From the human T2T-CHM13v2.0 reference genome, Homo sapiens, in the NCBI RefSeq assembly GCF_009914755.1, contig NC_060941.1: a stretch of DNA of 64,000 nt; one strand, written 5' to 3'. Made by a program: the position numbers and the translations under genes. Below the pieces are notes generated by a model. The model searched no databases. It was not told where the DNA came from and saw nothing but the letters and a program-made list of their open reading frames with translations. Position 1 is the stretch's first letter. Each line of letters opens with the position of its first letter. This document shows, piece by piece, positions 19,891 through 44,940 of the stretch.

Positions 19891-20080
19891 ATTCAGCAAG
19901 AGAAATGCAGAGATGAAATGGAAGGAGCTCAGGATCTATGAGCAGAAGGCGTGGGTCTCAGCTCCTGTGCTGCTGGTTACGGTGACTTTAGACAAGCTGC
20001 TTTGCCCTACTAAGCCTCCATTTCCTTATCAGTGAAATGAGCTCCATAACAGCGACCTCAAAAGTTGTGAGAGTAGAAGT

Positions 20081-20660
20081 TGTATTAATCATGGTTTAGT
20101 CAGGAAAACAGGTACTACACAAGGTATTTTAATAGGCAGAATTAAATACAAGGAACTGGTTAAATGGATATCAGAGAACTAAAACACGAAAAGGGGGCAC
20201 GGAGCTGACAGAGAGAAACTGCAGGAAACGGTTTCCATCCCCATGGCTGAGGAAACAAAAGGGAGAGGTTGGGTTCTCAGATCCTGGAAGCCCGGAGAAG
20301 GGACCCTCCGAAGCTGGGACTCAGACTTCTGAGGTGAGGGTACTGCCCAGCTGGTTCTGGGTTTGTTGGGAGGAGAACACAAACAAAAACAACTGAAGGC
20401 TGAAACAAACTGCAGCTGGTGGGATGAAAAGGCATTGCTGGGATGGTGGTCATAGGAACAGCCAGGCGCAAGAAGCAGTGGGTCCTTCTCCTCCAGCCCT
20501 GTAGACCTTCCAGCACCTCCCACTGGCAGCACATGGCCAAGTGTAGCAAGCAATGGAGAGAGCCGCAGAGTCCCAGCCCCAGTGTTCACAGGGTGGTGTG
20601 GGGCCAGGAAATAACAGTGGAATTGTGGAGACAAATAACTTTGTAAAGGGTAGATGTGAC
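20081..20660. mobile_element. Possible ancient ERVL/MaLR-type LTR remnant
   Basis: Starts TGTATTAATCATGGTTTAGTCAGGAAAACAG, resembling ends of old ERVL LTRs; subfamily not determined. Confidence 0.4.
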
Positions 20661-20719
20661 CCACTGATACTTATTACCCTTACTTCTGTTAAGTGCTCAG
20701 GCTAACTGCTTGCTCTCTC

Positions 20720-22330
<1,611 letters not shown>

Positions 22331-25300
22331 TTAAAATGTAAAGATAAAGTATATGTCTGATTAATTTCTGTAATAATCAGGGCTACTATTTTATTTGATT
22401 GGCCGGGAAAGACCATCTTAGAGAATGAAGTGTGCTGCTTAGGGACAAAATTTACGTGTAATCAACTGTTAAGCTATTTGACTCGTAAGTCTTTGACAAT
22501 ACAATACAGACTTTTATATAACAGTTTCAGTAACAGTTAAGGCCACTATGCATCTCTTTAAATGCTGAAAAAGTTAACCAGATTTTTCTTTGAAATGCAA
22601 AACCAGTAAGTATAGTTTCCCGTCAGATGGGGTGCACAATGACAACAGGAAACAGAGGTGAGAGTGTGCACACTTGGTTTCAATATGTTTCAAAGAAATT
22701 TCGAGGAAATTCCTACAACACAGATGCTTTAGTTCCACTACTGAATACCACAGCAGTTCTTTGTACTCTGGTTTGTTAAGAAACATGGCATCAAACAACG
22801 AAGCAAAAGTTCAAGCACTTAGTGGCACTTTTCGAGTCAGCAACATTTACATTATAAAGTTCCTTTCTCCAAGCTTTTACATGACTATTTTTATACTTCA
22901 TTTTTCACTCCCTGCTCTGTATTATAGCTATGTATGTCCAAGTCTGATCTTCTCCATGAAATTATAAACTTGAGGGCAAAATCCATGTAGGAATCCTCTT
23001 CGTGTTACCCCTAGTGATTAGACCAGCACATACAGAAGGCAGAAATAGATGTCTGTAGAATGAATACACGAACAACAAGATCTTCGGAAGAGTACAGCAT
23101 ATGCCCATGGTGACTCTTTAGATTTTGAATATTTGCCCCGCAGACTAAATGGCAGACTGGTACAATTAATGCTCACAAAATAACTGAAAAACACAGACCA
23201 CCATGTGTTTTTAAATTAAGGGTTTGTGGAGTAATACTGAGTAAGCTTGACTAGCAGCTGAAACCCTCTGGTTCTGCCAGTGAGTTGTATGAAAGACTGG
23301 AAAATGAAGATGAAATGATTTAATAAAACAAGTATGATATCAACAGCCAGAAGACACAGGTTCTTGTTTCAGCTCTCCCACTTTCTTTCCTTTTTTTTTT
23401 TTTTTTTTGAGACAGCATCCGCTCTCTTGCACAGGGTGACTGCGATGGCCATCACTGCAGTCTCAACCTCTCAGGCTCAAGTGATTCTCCCACTTCAGCC
23501 ACGTGAGTAACAGCCGCGCGCCACCACACCTAGCTAATTTTTGACTTTTTGTAGAGACGGGACCTCGCTGTTTCCCAGGCTGGTCTCAAACTCCAGAGCT
23601 CAAGTGATCCTCCCGCCTCGGCCTCCCAACATGCTGGGATTACAGGCGTGGGCCAGAGCACTCAGCCTTCTCTCACTTCATACACAAGACTTTGGGCAAA
23701 TAACTTAACATCTCTGAGCATCAATGTCCTTATCTGTAAAATGAGATTTATAGCTTCTGTCTATCTCATAGGGTCATTAAGATCAAATAAAAATGTTTTG
23801 AAAACCATACAGTGCTATAAAAATATATGTTATCATTAGTGATCCTTAGTGATTAGCATTAGTGATAACATCTTCATTAAAGAACTTGTAATGCTATTTT
23901 GAATGCTTGGAAAAAATAATGCACAAATGAAATACAAGCAATTAGGTAAGTATCTCTTATCTACAAATCCCAAAGCACTTGAAGTAAATACAGTTAGGAT
24001 ATATCTCACTTGGTCGTGACCCAGAAGAATTATTGTAGATCTGCCCTATATTCTACTGGAATTTAACATCTTGGAAACAGCTACCCCCACCACCCCCCAC
24101 CCACGGACACATACAAGTTTCTACCATAGTGACTGAAAGGCTCTCTGAGATTCTCGGTTTAGGATCACTAGGGAAATGGAAGACACTGTCTAAGGTAACG
24201 TGAGAGTTAAGCACGTTCTCCTTTTGTCTGTTGTGACCCTGACTGTCTAACAAACAAACGTGACTTCTGAAGCCTGATCCGAAACAATCAGGAGCTGAGC
24301 GAGAAAACAAAACAGAGGTCTGAGGCACAGCTCCTGGGCAGGCTCTCCCGCATCCTGCAGTGAGGCTGCCGCTCCCATAGTTTCAGATCTGAGATTAGCG
24401 CCTGGCCGAGGGCTGCTGATGCAGGAGCAATGCTGCCCTGCTACCCCTCCCACCTCCACATCCACAGACAGCCCTGGGGGACACGGCTACCACTTCTCTG
24501 GGGTACACGTCCACAAACGGGACTCCCTGGACTACATGGGAACCAGGCCACAGAGAAGGCAATCACATTTCTATTAATCACCTCTTTCCAAGGCACATTC
24601 TGTTTTTTTGTTGGTTTGTTTATCAAGGTATAATTTATATACAGTAAAATTCAGCCTTTTTGGTGTACAGTTCTGTGAATTTTGACAAACACACACAACA
24701 GTGTAACCACCATTACAAACAAAATAAAGAACATTTCCATTACCCCCACATTCCCTTGTGCCCTCTCTAGTCAACTCCTCCATGCACCCCAGTCCCTGGC
24801 AACCATTGATCTATTTCTTATCTCTATCGTTTTGCTCTTTCCAGAATGACACAACACTCTTTACAATGCTTAAGTAAAATAGCCAAAGGCCTCATTCAGT
24901 TCGCATAGAACACCACGCACTCAGCCACCATAGGAGACTTTCAAATACATCAGAAATAGTGAAGCCAGTCTGATGGTGGGAAGGGCGGTAAATTCACTAG
25001 AGCCTGAGATGACTCTGCAGGCTCTGCTGAAAGACCCCCGAAAGCAGGACGCTTCTTAGTGGGCTGTGAAGTGGATAGTTTAAACCCAAAGACAAATAAC
25101 TCATTTAAAATAGTCTCTATAGAAATGGCCTATGTCCTCTTCCATGATTGTATAATATACAGTACCAGACACGATTAGGTTTCCTTCCAGTTTAGATAAC
25201 TCTGCTTTCTTCTGAATTGCTACTAAAACAATAGTAAAGAGATTTAAAAAGAGAGAGAGAAAAATATAAAACCACAAGAGCAGGCCGGGCACGGTGGCTC

Positions 25301-25457
25301 ACACCTGTAATCCCAGCACTTTGGGAGGCCAAGGTGGGCAGATCACGAGGTCAGGAGATCGAGACCATCCTGGCTAACATGGTGAAACCCCGTCTCTACT
25401 AAAAATACAAAAAATTAGCCAGGCGTGGTGGCGGGCGCCTGTAGTCCCAGCTACTCA

Positions 25458-25730
<273 letters not shown>

Positions 25731-25899
25731 TTAGGAAATGGAGGTGTAGGTCCTCCTACAAGCGGGGTAGAGCAAGGCTGGAAACAGGAGACTGGGGTTG
25801 GTGTGAAAAGCATTTAGACCCCTAGATCTTTTTCCAGACACCACGTAACCAGGAGATCACCTGTCTCTCCAACTTCATTGGTTATCGGGAAAATGAAAA

Positions 25900-27070
25900 T
25901 AAATTCTACAAACCTACCACAATGGCTAAGATTAAAAAGATGGAAAATACTAGGTGCTGGACATTCTAAACACTGCTAGTGGGAAAAAAAAATTGGTAGA
26001 ATCACTTTGAAAAGCGGTTAGCGGTATCTACTACAGCATATTCTATGACTCAGCAATTCTCCTAGCTATAGCCTTAACAGGTATGCATACATATACACAA
26101 CAAAATACATGTAATAATAGAACGTTCATAGCAGCACTATGTGTAATAGCCAAAATGCCCCAAAAAAGCTCAATGCCTGCAAACAATAGAGTGGATAAAT
26201 TATGGTGTATTCACACAATGAAATACTATGCAGCAATGGAAATGAACCGTACACAGCACAGGAATAGTTTGTTCCTTCTCGTTGCTGTACGCCATTGAGG
26301 TAGGATGTAGGACTTGACTCAAGAAGTGAGACTCAACTCCAGAGGTGGGGCTCGCACATCAGACTAAATTGAGCACAAGCTAAAACAGGGACTGGGCAGA
26401 AGCAGCTTTCCATAAGATAGCCCATACCTCCCATACCTGTCAGTGTGTGCCATGTCAGTTTACTATTGCCACGGCAACACCTGGAAGTTACCACCCTCTT
26501 TCATGGCAATGACCCAATGACCCGGAAGGTACTATCCTTCTTGAAATTTCTTTATAATTTGTCCCTTAATTTGCACATAATTAAAAGTGGGTATAAATAT
26601 GATTACAAACCTGCTCTGAGCCGCTACTCTCAACACACTGCCTTTGGGTAGCCCTGCTCTGCAGGAGCAGTCACAGAGCTGTAACACTGCCGCCTCAATA
26701 AAGCTGTTTTCTTCCACCACTGGCTCTTAAATTCTTTCCTGAGCAAAGCCAAGGACCCTCCTGGGCTAAGCTACCATGAGATAAATAAATGTCACAAAGA
26801 TGCTGAGTGAAAGGAGCCAGACATTAAAGAGCAAATTGAACACAGTTCCACTTATATAAAGTTCAAACCAGGACAGAAGTTAGGATTGCGGTTACCTTAG
26901 GCTAGAGGTAACAACAGGAAAGGAGCAGAAGGGGAGCTTCTGGGGGTGCTGGCCATGTGCTACTTCTTCATCTGAATGCTGGCCACAGCGGAGGGCTCAC
27001 TTTGTGAAAATCAACTGTGCATGGATGACTTGTCATCTTTCTGTGTGTATGTTATACATCAATAAATATT
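25900..27070 (+). mobile_element. Old L1ME-type 3' fragment hosting the MER66-like LTR
   Basis: GGATAAATTATGGTGTATTCACACAATGAAATACTATGCAGCA; resumes after LTR with TGCTGAGTGAAAGGAGCCAGAC. Confidence 0.7.
26296..26773 (+). mobile_element. MER66-like (ERV1) solo LTR inside an old L1
   Basis: TG start, TATAAA 26592-26597, AATAAA 26697-26702, similarity to recalled MER66/MER41-group LTRs; CCAT on both sides; 3' end appears slightly truncated. Confidence 0.7.
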
Positions 27071-27170
27071 TTTAAAGAGGACAAGTCAGCCCTAGGTAAA
27101 TGGATCTAGAATGATCTCCAATATGATACACCATTAAATTAAAAAGCAAGGGCCGAAGTATGTACGGGAG

Positions 27171-27609
27171 TGTAGTCATGTGCTGGCGTCCCAACCTTCC
27201 CCAACTCCCTCCCCAGGTCTCTGTACCCCTGCTGTGGAGAGTTTTGGCTACAAACAGCCATAGCTACCCCTTCTCCAAGAACTGGGAACCAGAGCCACCT
27301 GATCCAAGAGTCTTCCTGATTCCCTATCTCACTCCAGGACAGCCACCAACAGCCAGTGACTGATTGACAGGGCTGTACAAAAAGCTGGCCCCTTTACCTT
27401 GAGATGAAGCAACTCTGTGGTACAAGCTGTACTCCAAAGCTTTCCCGTGGGACCAGGCCAAAATGGGTCTTGGCCAAGACCGCACTCATGTTTGGTTTTG
27501 CTCCACTGCCCCATCTGTCTTCCTCATCTCTAGAGAGCATTCCCTCAATAAACAGCTTTCACAAAGATCTCCATCTCAGGCTTTGCTCCCAGAGAACCCA
27601 ACCTAAACC
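27171..27609 (+). mobile_element. LTR16-family (ERVL) LTR
   Basis: TG start, AATAAA 27547-27552, typical end TCTCCATCTCAGGCTTTGCT...AGAACCCAACCTAAA. Confidence 0.7.
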
Positions 27610-28950
27610 GGTTGATATCAGATGTTGTCTATGGATGGAATTTGGGGGTGGATCACCCACAGCCAGATGGCAATGAGGACCCATCACTGAGGTGGGTGGA
27701 AAGTGGATGGTCCCCAGCATGCTGCAGACATTCCCCTGTGGTGAAGGGGAATAGGAGACACGGGGCTGTATAATATCCAGGCGATTTTGATGTCTTGGTA
27801 CAGGAGGTACAGGAGAAACAGTTACAGTAAGGACTGTGAAACTGGGTGACTGCTATTAAGAGGACTGTTTCATTGAAAAGAGAAAATGAGTTTCAGGTAT
27901 AGCAATCAAAAATGTAAAGCCAACTATGAGCCTGGATGTGGTGGCTCATGCCTGTAATCCCAGAAATTTGGAAGGCTGAGGCGGGAAGATCACTTGAGGC
28001 CAGGTGTTTGAGACCACCCTGGGCAACACAGCAAGACCCCATCTTTATAAGAAAAACTAAAAATAAAGAAATAAAGCCAGCTATGATAGTCAGTAAGCTT
28101 CCTTTGGCAATTTTTACTTATTTATTAATTTATTTGAGATAGGGTCTCAATATGGTACCCAGGCTTGGAGTGCAGTGGTGTGAACATAGTTCACTGCAGC
28201 CTCAAACTTCTGTCTCAAGCCATCTTCCCACCTCAGCCTCCCGAGTGCTGGGATTACAGATGTGCCACCATGCCAGGCTGCTTTGGCAGCATTTAAAGAC
28301 AATCATTTCCTGCAGGCACAAGACCTAATTTTAAGAGTGGCAGAATCAAAAAGGATGAACTCTCAGCCTATACTAGTCTACTGTGCCAGATTCAGGCCCT
28401 GGTAGGGAAGGAGTGAACTCTAAGACTTGAGATGGGAACGTCTGTGTATATTTATTTGAGGAACATGAACCCCAGATTCCCTAGGCTTGCAAATAGCCCT
28501 CTCCCTTGAAGATGGGAGGAACCTGCTCCTCCACCCTTCATGATTACACAGAGGTCTCAAATGAGGCGAGTAACTTAAAAGACAATGCTCACCCTACAGA
28601 GGACCTGCCCCCACCTTCCTTTCTGGCCACCCAACCATAATTAGGGCCATTATCTGAGTATTACTCAACCGGGGCCTGCTGGACCTGCAAAGAGAGGAGA
28701 GGGCTTATCATGCCAGAGGTGCTTGGGACCTGGCCAACAAAGGCACTAGCAGGACCTGGAGGATGTGTGGGAGGGGTTCCTGAGGGTGTTGGAATACAAA
28801 GTTGGATGAGGGAGAGCCTGTTGATACAGGGACATTCTCTTATGACACAGAATGAACACCTTGGCAAGAGCCTTGGATCTGATATGTGCTGGGGGAGGGG
28901 GGTTCTTGGGAGCTTGGAAAAATGATGGACCACAGTAATTGATTCCAAAA
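27610..28950 (+). mobile_element. Decayed ERVL internal remnant following LTR16, interrupted by two Alu fragments
   Basis: Directly follows the LTR with a degenerate PBS-like GTTGATATCAGA; no intact ORF; family assignment by position and recalled similarity. Confidence 0.45.
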
Positions 28951-29149
28951 CTGCCACAGAGATCTTTAGAGGAAAAGTTCAAAAGGCTTCGTGTCTACTC
29001 CACGAGAATAGGTCTGCACATAAAGTGGGAAAATCCACTAGCTGGCTGCGTCCTTTGGGGGGCCTGAACATACTCTAATTACCACACCCTAGATTCTGCC
29101 CCACACTGGTTACCAGCATAGGTTCTGCCGTATACGTCAGTGTCCTCTT

Positions 29150-29650
29150 CATTCCTTCTGCAGCCTGAGGTCAAACCTCCATCAAATCTCAGTTGGACAA
29201 CTGGTTACCCTGTATCCGTTCTCATGACTCTCTAATCTACCTTCTACACTTCATCTGAGAGATCTTTTAAAATGTGTCTTCTGTGAGCCCCAGTTTAAAG
29301 CCCATTAGTGGTTCCCCACACCTACAGGACAAAAATTCGAAGCTCACAGGGAGGCATACCAGGCCCCTTGGTCCAGGCCTGGCATCTCAGTCTTATCTCT
29401 TGCAAAGTCTCCTCCCACCCTCTGGATGCCACACCTGCTTATGCTGAATCACCTGCAGTGCACACACCGTCTGTTGGTGAGATGTCTCTGTGCCTCTGCT
29501 CATGGGCCCTCCTCCGACGTGTTCATGTTTCCTAGCTGTACAACTCCTTCAGGCAGGGACTGCATTTCATCGGTATTTCTAGTGTCTAACATCAGCCTGG
29601 AGAACAATGGGTATTCCACAGAATGTAAATGATTGAGGGAATAATGAAGG
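29150..29650. mobile_element. L2 remnant (similar remnants near 34620-35090, 58890-59800, 60850-61100)
   Basis: Pyrimidine-rich body ending GGCAGGGAC...GAATGTAAATGA / TGTTGAATGAATGAA, typical L2 3' end. Confidence 0.55.
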
Positions 29651-29932
29651 AGTGAGCCAGTTAGTCAGTGATTTGTGTAACAGAGAGGGGAAAGAAGATC
29701 AAAGTTGGCAACATGTTATGATCATTTAAGAAAACTATCTTCTCAACTAGTACAGAGACCAGATTAAAACATGAACAAAGAAGAAACTATTCCTTCCTCT
29801 ACTTTCTCTTCCTCCTTCTCCCAGTGTACTTATATTCCAAATTGGTTTTGGCTGGAGTGCAGTGGCTTGATCACAGCTCACTGTGGCCTCAACCTCACAG
29901 GCTCAAGTGATCCTTCCACCTCAGCCTCTTGA

Positions 29933-30118
<186 letters not shown>

Positions 30119-30567
30119 TAAAAAAAAAAAAAAAAAAAAAAGAACAGCTGGCAGGAAGAGCCACATCAATACTAATAGGTATAAACACTGATTCAACTTC
30201 TCTGGGAGTGCCCCTTCTTATCACTGGTGATCTCAACGTGAAGTGTGACTGCACTTGGTGACGCAGCTCGCTGGTCTCCATCCTACTGCCACCTGCTCAT
30301 GCTACTGGGACCCCGTCTCTCTGAAGATCCACCTACCATAGAAATCCAACTCCATAAAACAGAGGGATAATGTCCTCATCTTTATTAAGGATGAAAAGTA
30401 ATATAAGTTGAATAAAGTGCTTTTTGTAAGAACATAAAAACAAGTTAAATTTCAAAACTGAACCTACAACAAGCCTACATAATTTCATAAAACTAGGCAT
30501 TTCAGGTCGGGCGCGGTGGCTCACGCCTGTAATCCCAGCACTTTGGGAGGCCGAGGCGGGCGGATCA

Positions 30568-31200
<633 letters not shown>

Positions 31201-31730
31201 TGATGAGCAGGGTGGTCACCCCTGGGGAAGGCGTGGAAGTAGGGAGACATGTATTATAAGAATGCCTTAAGTGAAACTCTTTAAAGCCCTAAACCATTTT
31301 AAAAGTATGAATATTCATCCTCTAGTTCTTTTACTGTCAGGTTGCTGAAAAGCAGGCCACTTCCATACTGAATCTCATACCATTTCGAATCAACTGTTTC
31401 TAAAGGTGAATTACTGCATGTTGGCACCAAGAGGACCGAGCTCCCTGACTCTCCTCCTCCCCATGCTTACTCTGGTTTTCTGTCTTTCTCCGCAAGCCCC
31501 CAGACACTTCCTGGCACACATCCCAACCCCAGCGAGCAGACCCTACCTTTCCTGTAGTTCACTAAAAAATTAAAACCATTATTTTGTGAACTCCCTTAAT
31601 TTTCCTACTTCTAAATATTCTTCTAAACCTATTTCCTTCCTCTACTTAGAAGTATTTCCACCTCTATTTTTAAAGAAAATTAAAATACTTTTCATTTAAA
31701 AATGAAAACACGTTCACTGGAAAAAATTCA

Positions 31731-31868
<138 letters not shown>

Positions 31869-31930
31869 CTACAAAAAAAAAAAAAAAAAGAGAAAAAGAA
31901 AAAATTTTAAATTAGCTGTGCATGGTGTCA

Positions 31931-32080
<150 letters not shown>

Positions 32081-32659
32081 TTAGAAAATATGAATTAAGA
32101 AGTGAATACCCCCCTTCTTGATATATCCCAAGAGTTACCATTGTTAACAGTTCAAAATGCATTGTAATAGTATATTTGTGTAGCTATAAATATATGTACA
32201 TAATGCACACACATACATATATTATTTTTATCCGAAATGAAATCAGACTCTACATTATACACTGCAACTTGCTTTATTCAGTAAGTCATGTGGTTGTGGA
32301 CATATTGCCATCTCAGTGGACGCAGATCTATCTAATTTTTGCTGAATAACAGTTCATGGCATAGGCACATTATAATTTATTTAACCATTCCACTATAATG
32401 GCCATTAGATATTTTCTAATTTTGCACTACTACAAGTAATGCTACAATATACATTGTAAATAGGAATCATTTCACACTCTTCAAAATATTTCTGTAGGAG
32501 AGATTCGGAGAGGTGAAACAGTTGGGCCAAAGGGTACGCACAGCTCAAAATTTAATCAATATTTCCAGGCTAAAGGACAAAAAAAAATTGTAGTAAAATT
32601 ATAAAGGAAGGAAGAAGGAAAGAAGATAGCATGCAAAAGGCAAATAACCCAATCTCAGT

Positions 32660-32660
32660 T

Positions 32661-32720
<60 letters not shown>
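32660..32720. repeat. Compound (TC)n(AC)n microsatellite
   Basis: About 9 TC then about 21 AC units. Confidence 0.95.
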
Positions 32721-32724
<4 letters not shown>

Positions 32725-32959
32725 ATGAGAAAGACACCCGTTCCCACCATGGGCTTTAGGCCTGTAGGGCAGTTAAGTGCCAGGTCCTTGTGATGTGACC
32801 TATTAGGCCAGTTACTCCAAGTCCAAGGCACAAATAAATCTCCAAACATAACACGTGCACAGCATCTGGGGTAAGTGGTGGCCTCTCACAGAGGCTGTTC
32901 CTTGGAGTGTCCTTTGCCTCAACTCACACTGCTGCAATTCTCTAATCTGCACTGCATTC

Positions 32960-33378
32960 ATTTTATTTTCTGTTTTTTAGACACATTTTAGTCTGATCAC
33001 ACATGGTCCAAGAACACACAAGTCATAAATCAAATGTAATCAGATGTTAAAGATGGGTCTTCAAAGATTACAGCAATGATGCCACACTTGCCTGTGAGCT
33101 CTCTGACATAAAATCACGTCCACACCTCATGTGTGGACCACATCATTCAGCAAAGCTTCCTTAACTGTGAGCTATTAGAGCGCTACTATTTTTTTTTTCA
33201 GGCTCTGAATAGTTCTAGGGATCTCACCAGGGGTTGGAGGAAGCAGCTCAGCCTTGGCATAGTACCAAAAAGTGGCCAATCGAGGCTTCAAACAAGTCAC
33301 AACAATGATCATCAGCCCTGGGGCCTTCTCTGCAAGGTTATAAATTGGTCCATGGTTCTAGGGTAGAAAGTCTGCACC
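32960..33378 (-). pseudogene. ATP5MGP6: Decayed processed pseudogene of ATP5MG/ATP5L (ATP synthase subunit g)
   Basis: Minus strand has AGAACCATGG start (ATG 33353), peptide remnant KPRLATFWYYAKAELLPPTPGEIPRTIQSLKK, former stop at 33061-33063 and 3'UTR (…TTTAACATCTGATT…GGACCATGTGTGATCAGACT); intronless; early frameshifting deletion. Parent identity is confident, the paralog number is from memory. Confidence 0.88.
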
Positions 33379-33536
33379 ATGTTTATTTGCAATGCTGTTA
33401 ATCCTATTCAGTTATTTCATGTATTTTTTCTTAAAATAAATTACTTCCTAACTGGTCTTCTTATTTTCTGTCTCTCTGATTCATTACCTATACTGTGAAT
33501 TAATTTATAGAATTAATTTTCTAAAATGCAAATTAG

Positions 33537-41660
<8,124 letters not shown>

Positions 41661-42919
41661 CACCTTTCCAATCGGGCCAGACTGGTTTCCTTATTTGTTC
41701 CAGGGAAGAACAAACCATGCTCATTTCAGCTCTGTATCCACAGCGCCTATCACAGTACCTGACACGCAGTAGTTGCTCAGTAAATGTTTGCCAATTCAAC
41801 AACTTGAATGCTCTTAGGCCTGTGCCGTGCTCTACTCCTGGAAAGGCCTCATCCAACCCACCATTCTTCAAAGGCCAGTTCAACTCCCTGCACCTCTTCC
41901 CAGTGTAACACTGAAGCAACCTGCCCTTGCCATTGTCTTCTCCCACTCTCAATTCCCACCACATTCAATCACTTCTGATCTTTATTGTTAATTAAACATT
42001 TCCTGTTTTCTGTGTTTTGTCTGCTCCACCAAACTTGCAGAATATTTCAAGGCAGTGAGGAGCACTGGAAAGATTACTGATCTGTGACCAGGCAAACCTA
42101 GTTACATGACTTTGAGAAAAATGTATATAAAACCCTTAGAACAGTGCTTAGAACATAGTGTGCACTTCCTAGCTTCTGTCATTATTCATCTCTCTGAACA
42201 CCTCAGTTCTCTCGCTTATAAAATAGAGTGATAAGTCCTAAGTCAAGTGGTCTTCATATGGAACAGGGGTCTCTAGGACCTTCCTAGCACACGGTAGCCA
42301 CTCAATAGCCACCTGGCGGCTATTATTACAAAGCCTCCTGCATGATGCAGAGAAGGTGCGCAATAGAAATTTATGAGAAGGAACAAGTGAGAGAAATGTA
42401 TTCTCATATCAACTCATATATCAAGAGAAAAATTTTCAGTCATTCATTCAACAATCATTTATTAAGGGCTTAACATTACGTGCCAGGCTTTGTTCTAGGT
42501 TTGGGATACTACAGTAAAAACAGTCCTTGCCTTATGAAACTTACGTTCTAGAGGAGGAGGCAGACAATAAGCAGAGAAAGAGACAAATCAATAAAAGGTT
42601 GGTGTTAAGTGCCATGAAGAAAAAAAAAAAAGGTAAGCCCTTGGAAAAGGGTTGCCTAAAGAGGTGACAGGGAGAGATCTGTCCTAGCTTAATTTGTGAG
42701 ACTCATCCTCTCCCTCACAAGACTCCAGGAGCTCTTCCAGTCCTCTAGCAACAAGAGATCCCATACAACCAAGGAGGCTGCAGTTTGTCTTCTAGTGCAT
42801 CTCTCTCAACTCAGACCAAGCTACAAACTGCTGAACAAGCAACTGCAAACTTATTTTTGTTACATTTTTTGAATTGGCCACTTAAGCTCCAAGTAGGAGT
42901 AAACTGATTACAGCCATAC

Positions 42920-43038
42920 CACAACTGGTCTGTTCCCCAGAAAGTTCAGATCGCTGTTCTCTCCAAACAGGTAACCTTCAGGATGAGTTGAGTCAAACTT
43001 CTCTCCTCCCATAATGAAGTGGCTGGCAAAATAGCTTC
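42920..43038 (-). CDS. RNF157: RNF157 coding exon 2 (119 nt, phase 1 to phase 0)
   Basis: Minus strand reads ...tttgtttgttcctctctag|GAAGCTATTTTGCC...AGACCAGTTGTG|gtatgg; translates (G)SYFASHFIMGGEKFDSTHPEGYLFGENSDLNFLGNRPVV, matching the recalled N-terminus of RNF157 (MGRN1 paralog). Exon number is from recalled gene structure. Confidence 0.96.
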
Positions 43039-43767
43039 CTAGAGAGGAACAAACAAAAAAAATCAAACAAGCAGAAAACAGTCAACCTAAATCTAGTAAA
43101 AAAAAAAAGCTGATTTTTAAAATGTTAACCTTTTGGGCTGTGCGTGGTGGCTCACACCTGTAATCCCAGCACTTTGGGAGGCTGAGGCAGACAGATCGCC
43201 TGAGATAAGGAGTTCGAGACCAGCCTGGCCAACATGGCAAAACCCTGTCTCTACTAAAAATGTAAAAATTAGCCGGGTGTGGTGGCACATGCCTGTAGTC
43301 CCAGCTACTCAGGAAGCTGAGGCAGGAGGATGGCTTGAACCCAGGAAACAGAAGTGCAGTGAGCCGAGATCCTAGCACTACACTCCAGTCTGGGCGACAG
43401 AGTGAGACTCTGTTTCAAAAAAACAAAAACAAAAAAGTTAACCCTCTGAATGAATAATTAGAGCAATTTCTAATCCCAGAGTGTTTTCTTTTCCTGATTT
43501 GGGACAATGGCACAAAATAAGTAAAATCATAGCAGGGAAAACCCCAGATACCAAACGTAGACTAGATCACTGTTTTCCTTTTAACATTCTTAACTGAATT
43601 CTTCTAATGATCTGTTTAAAATACCTCCAGCCAAAAGACCAAAAGGTTCTACAATGCACATTAATGATCATATATATTTTTTGGTTCCTGACTTTTGCCT
43701 TTAAACTTGAAGTAGTTATTCCATGTATTGAAGAATCTCAGCTACAGGTATCGGCATATACATACAC

Positions 43768-44940
<1,173 letters not shown>

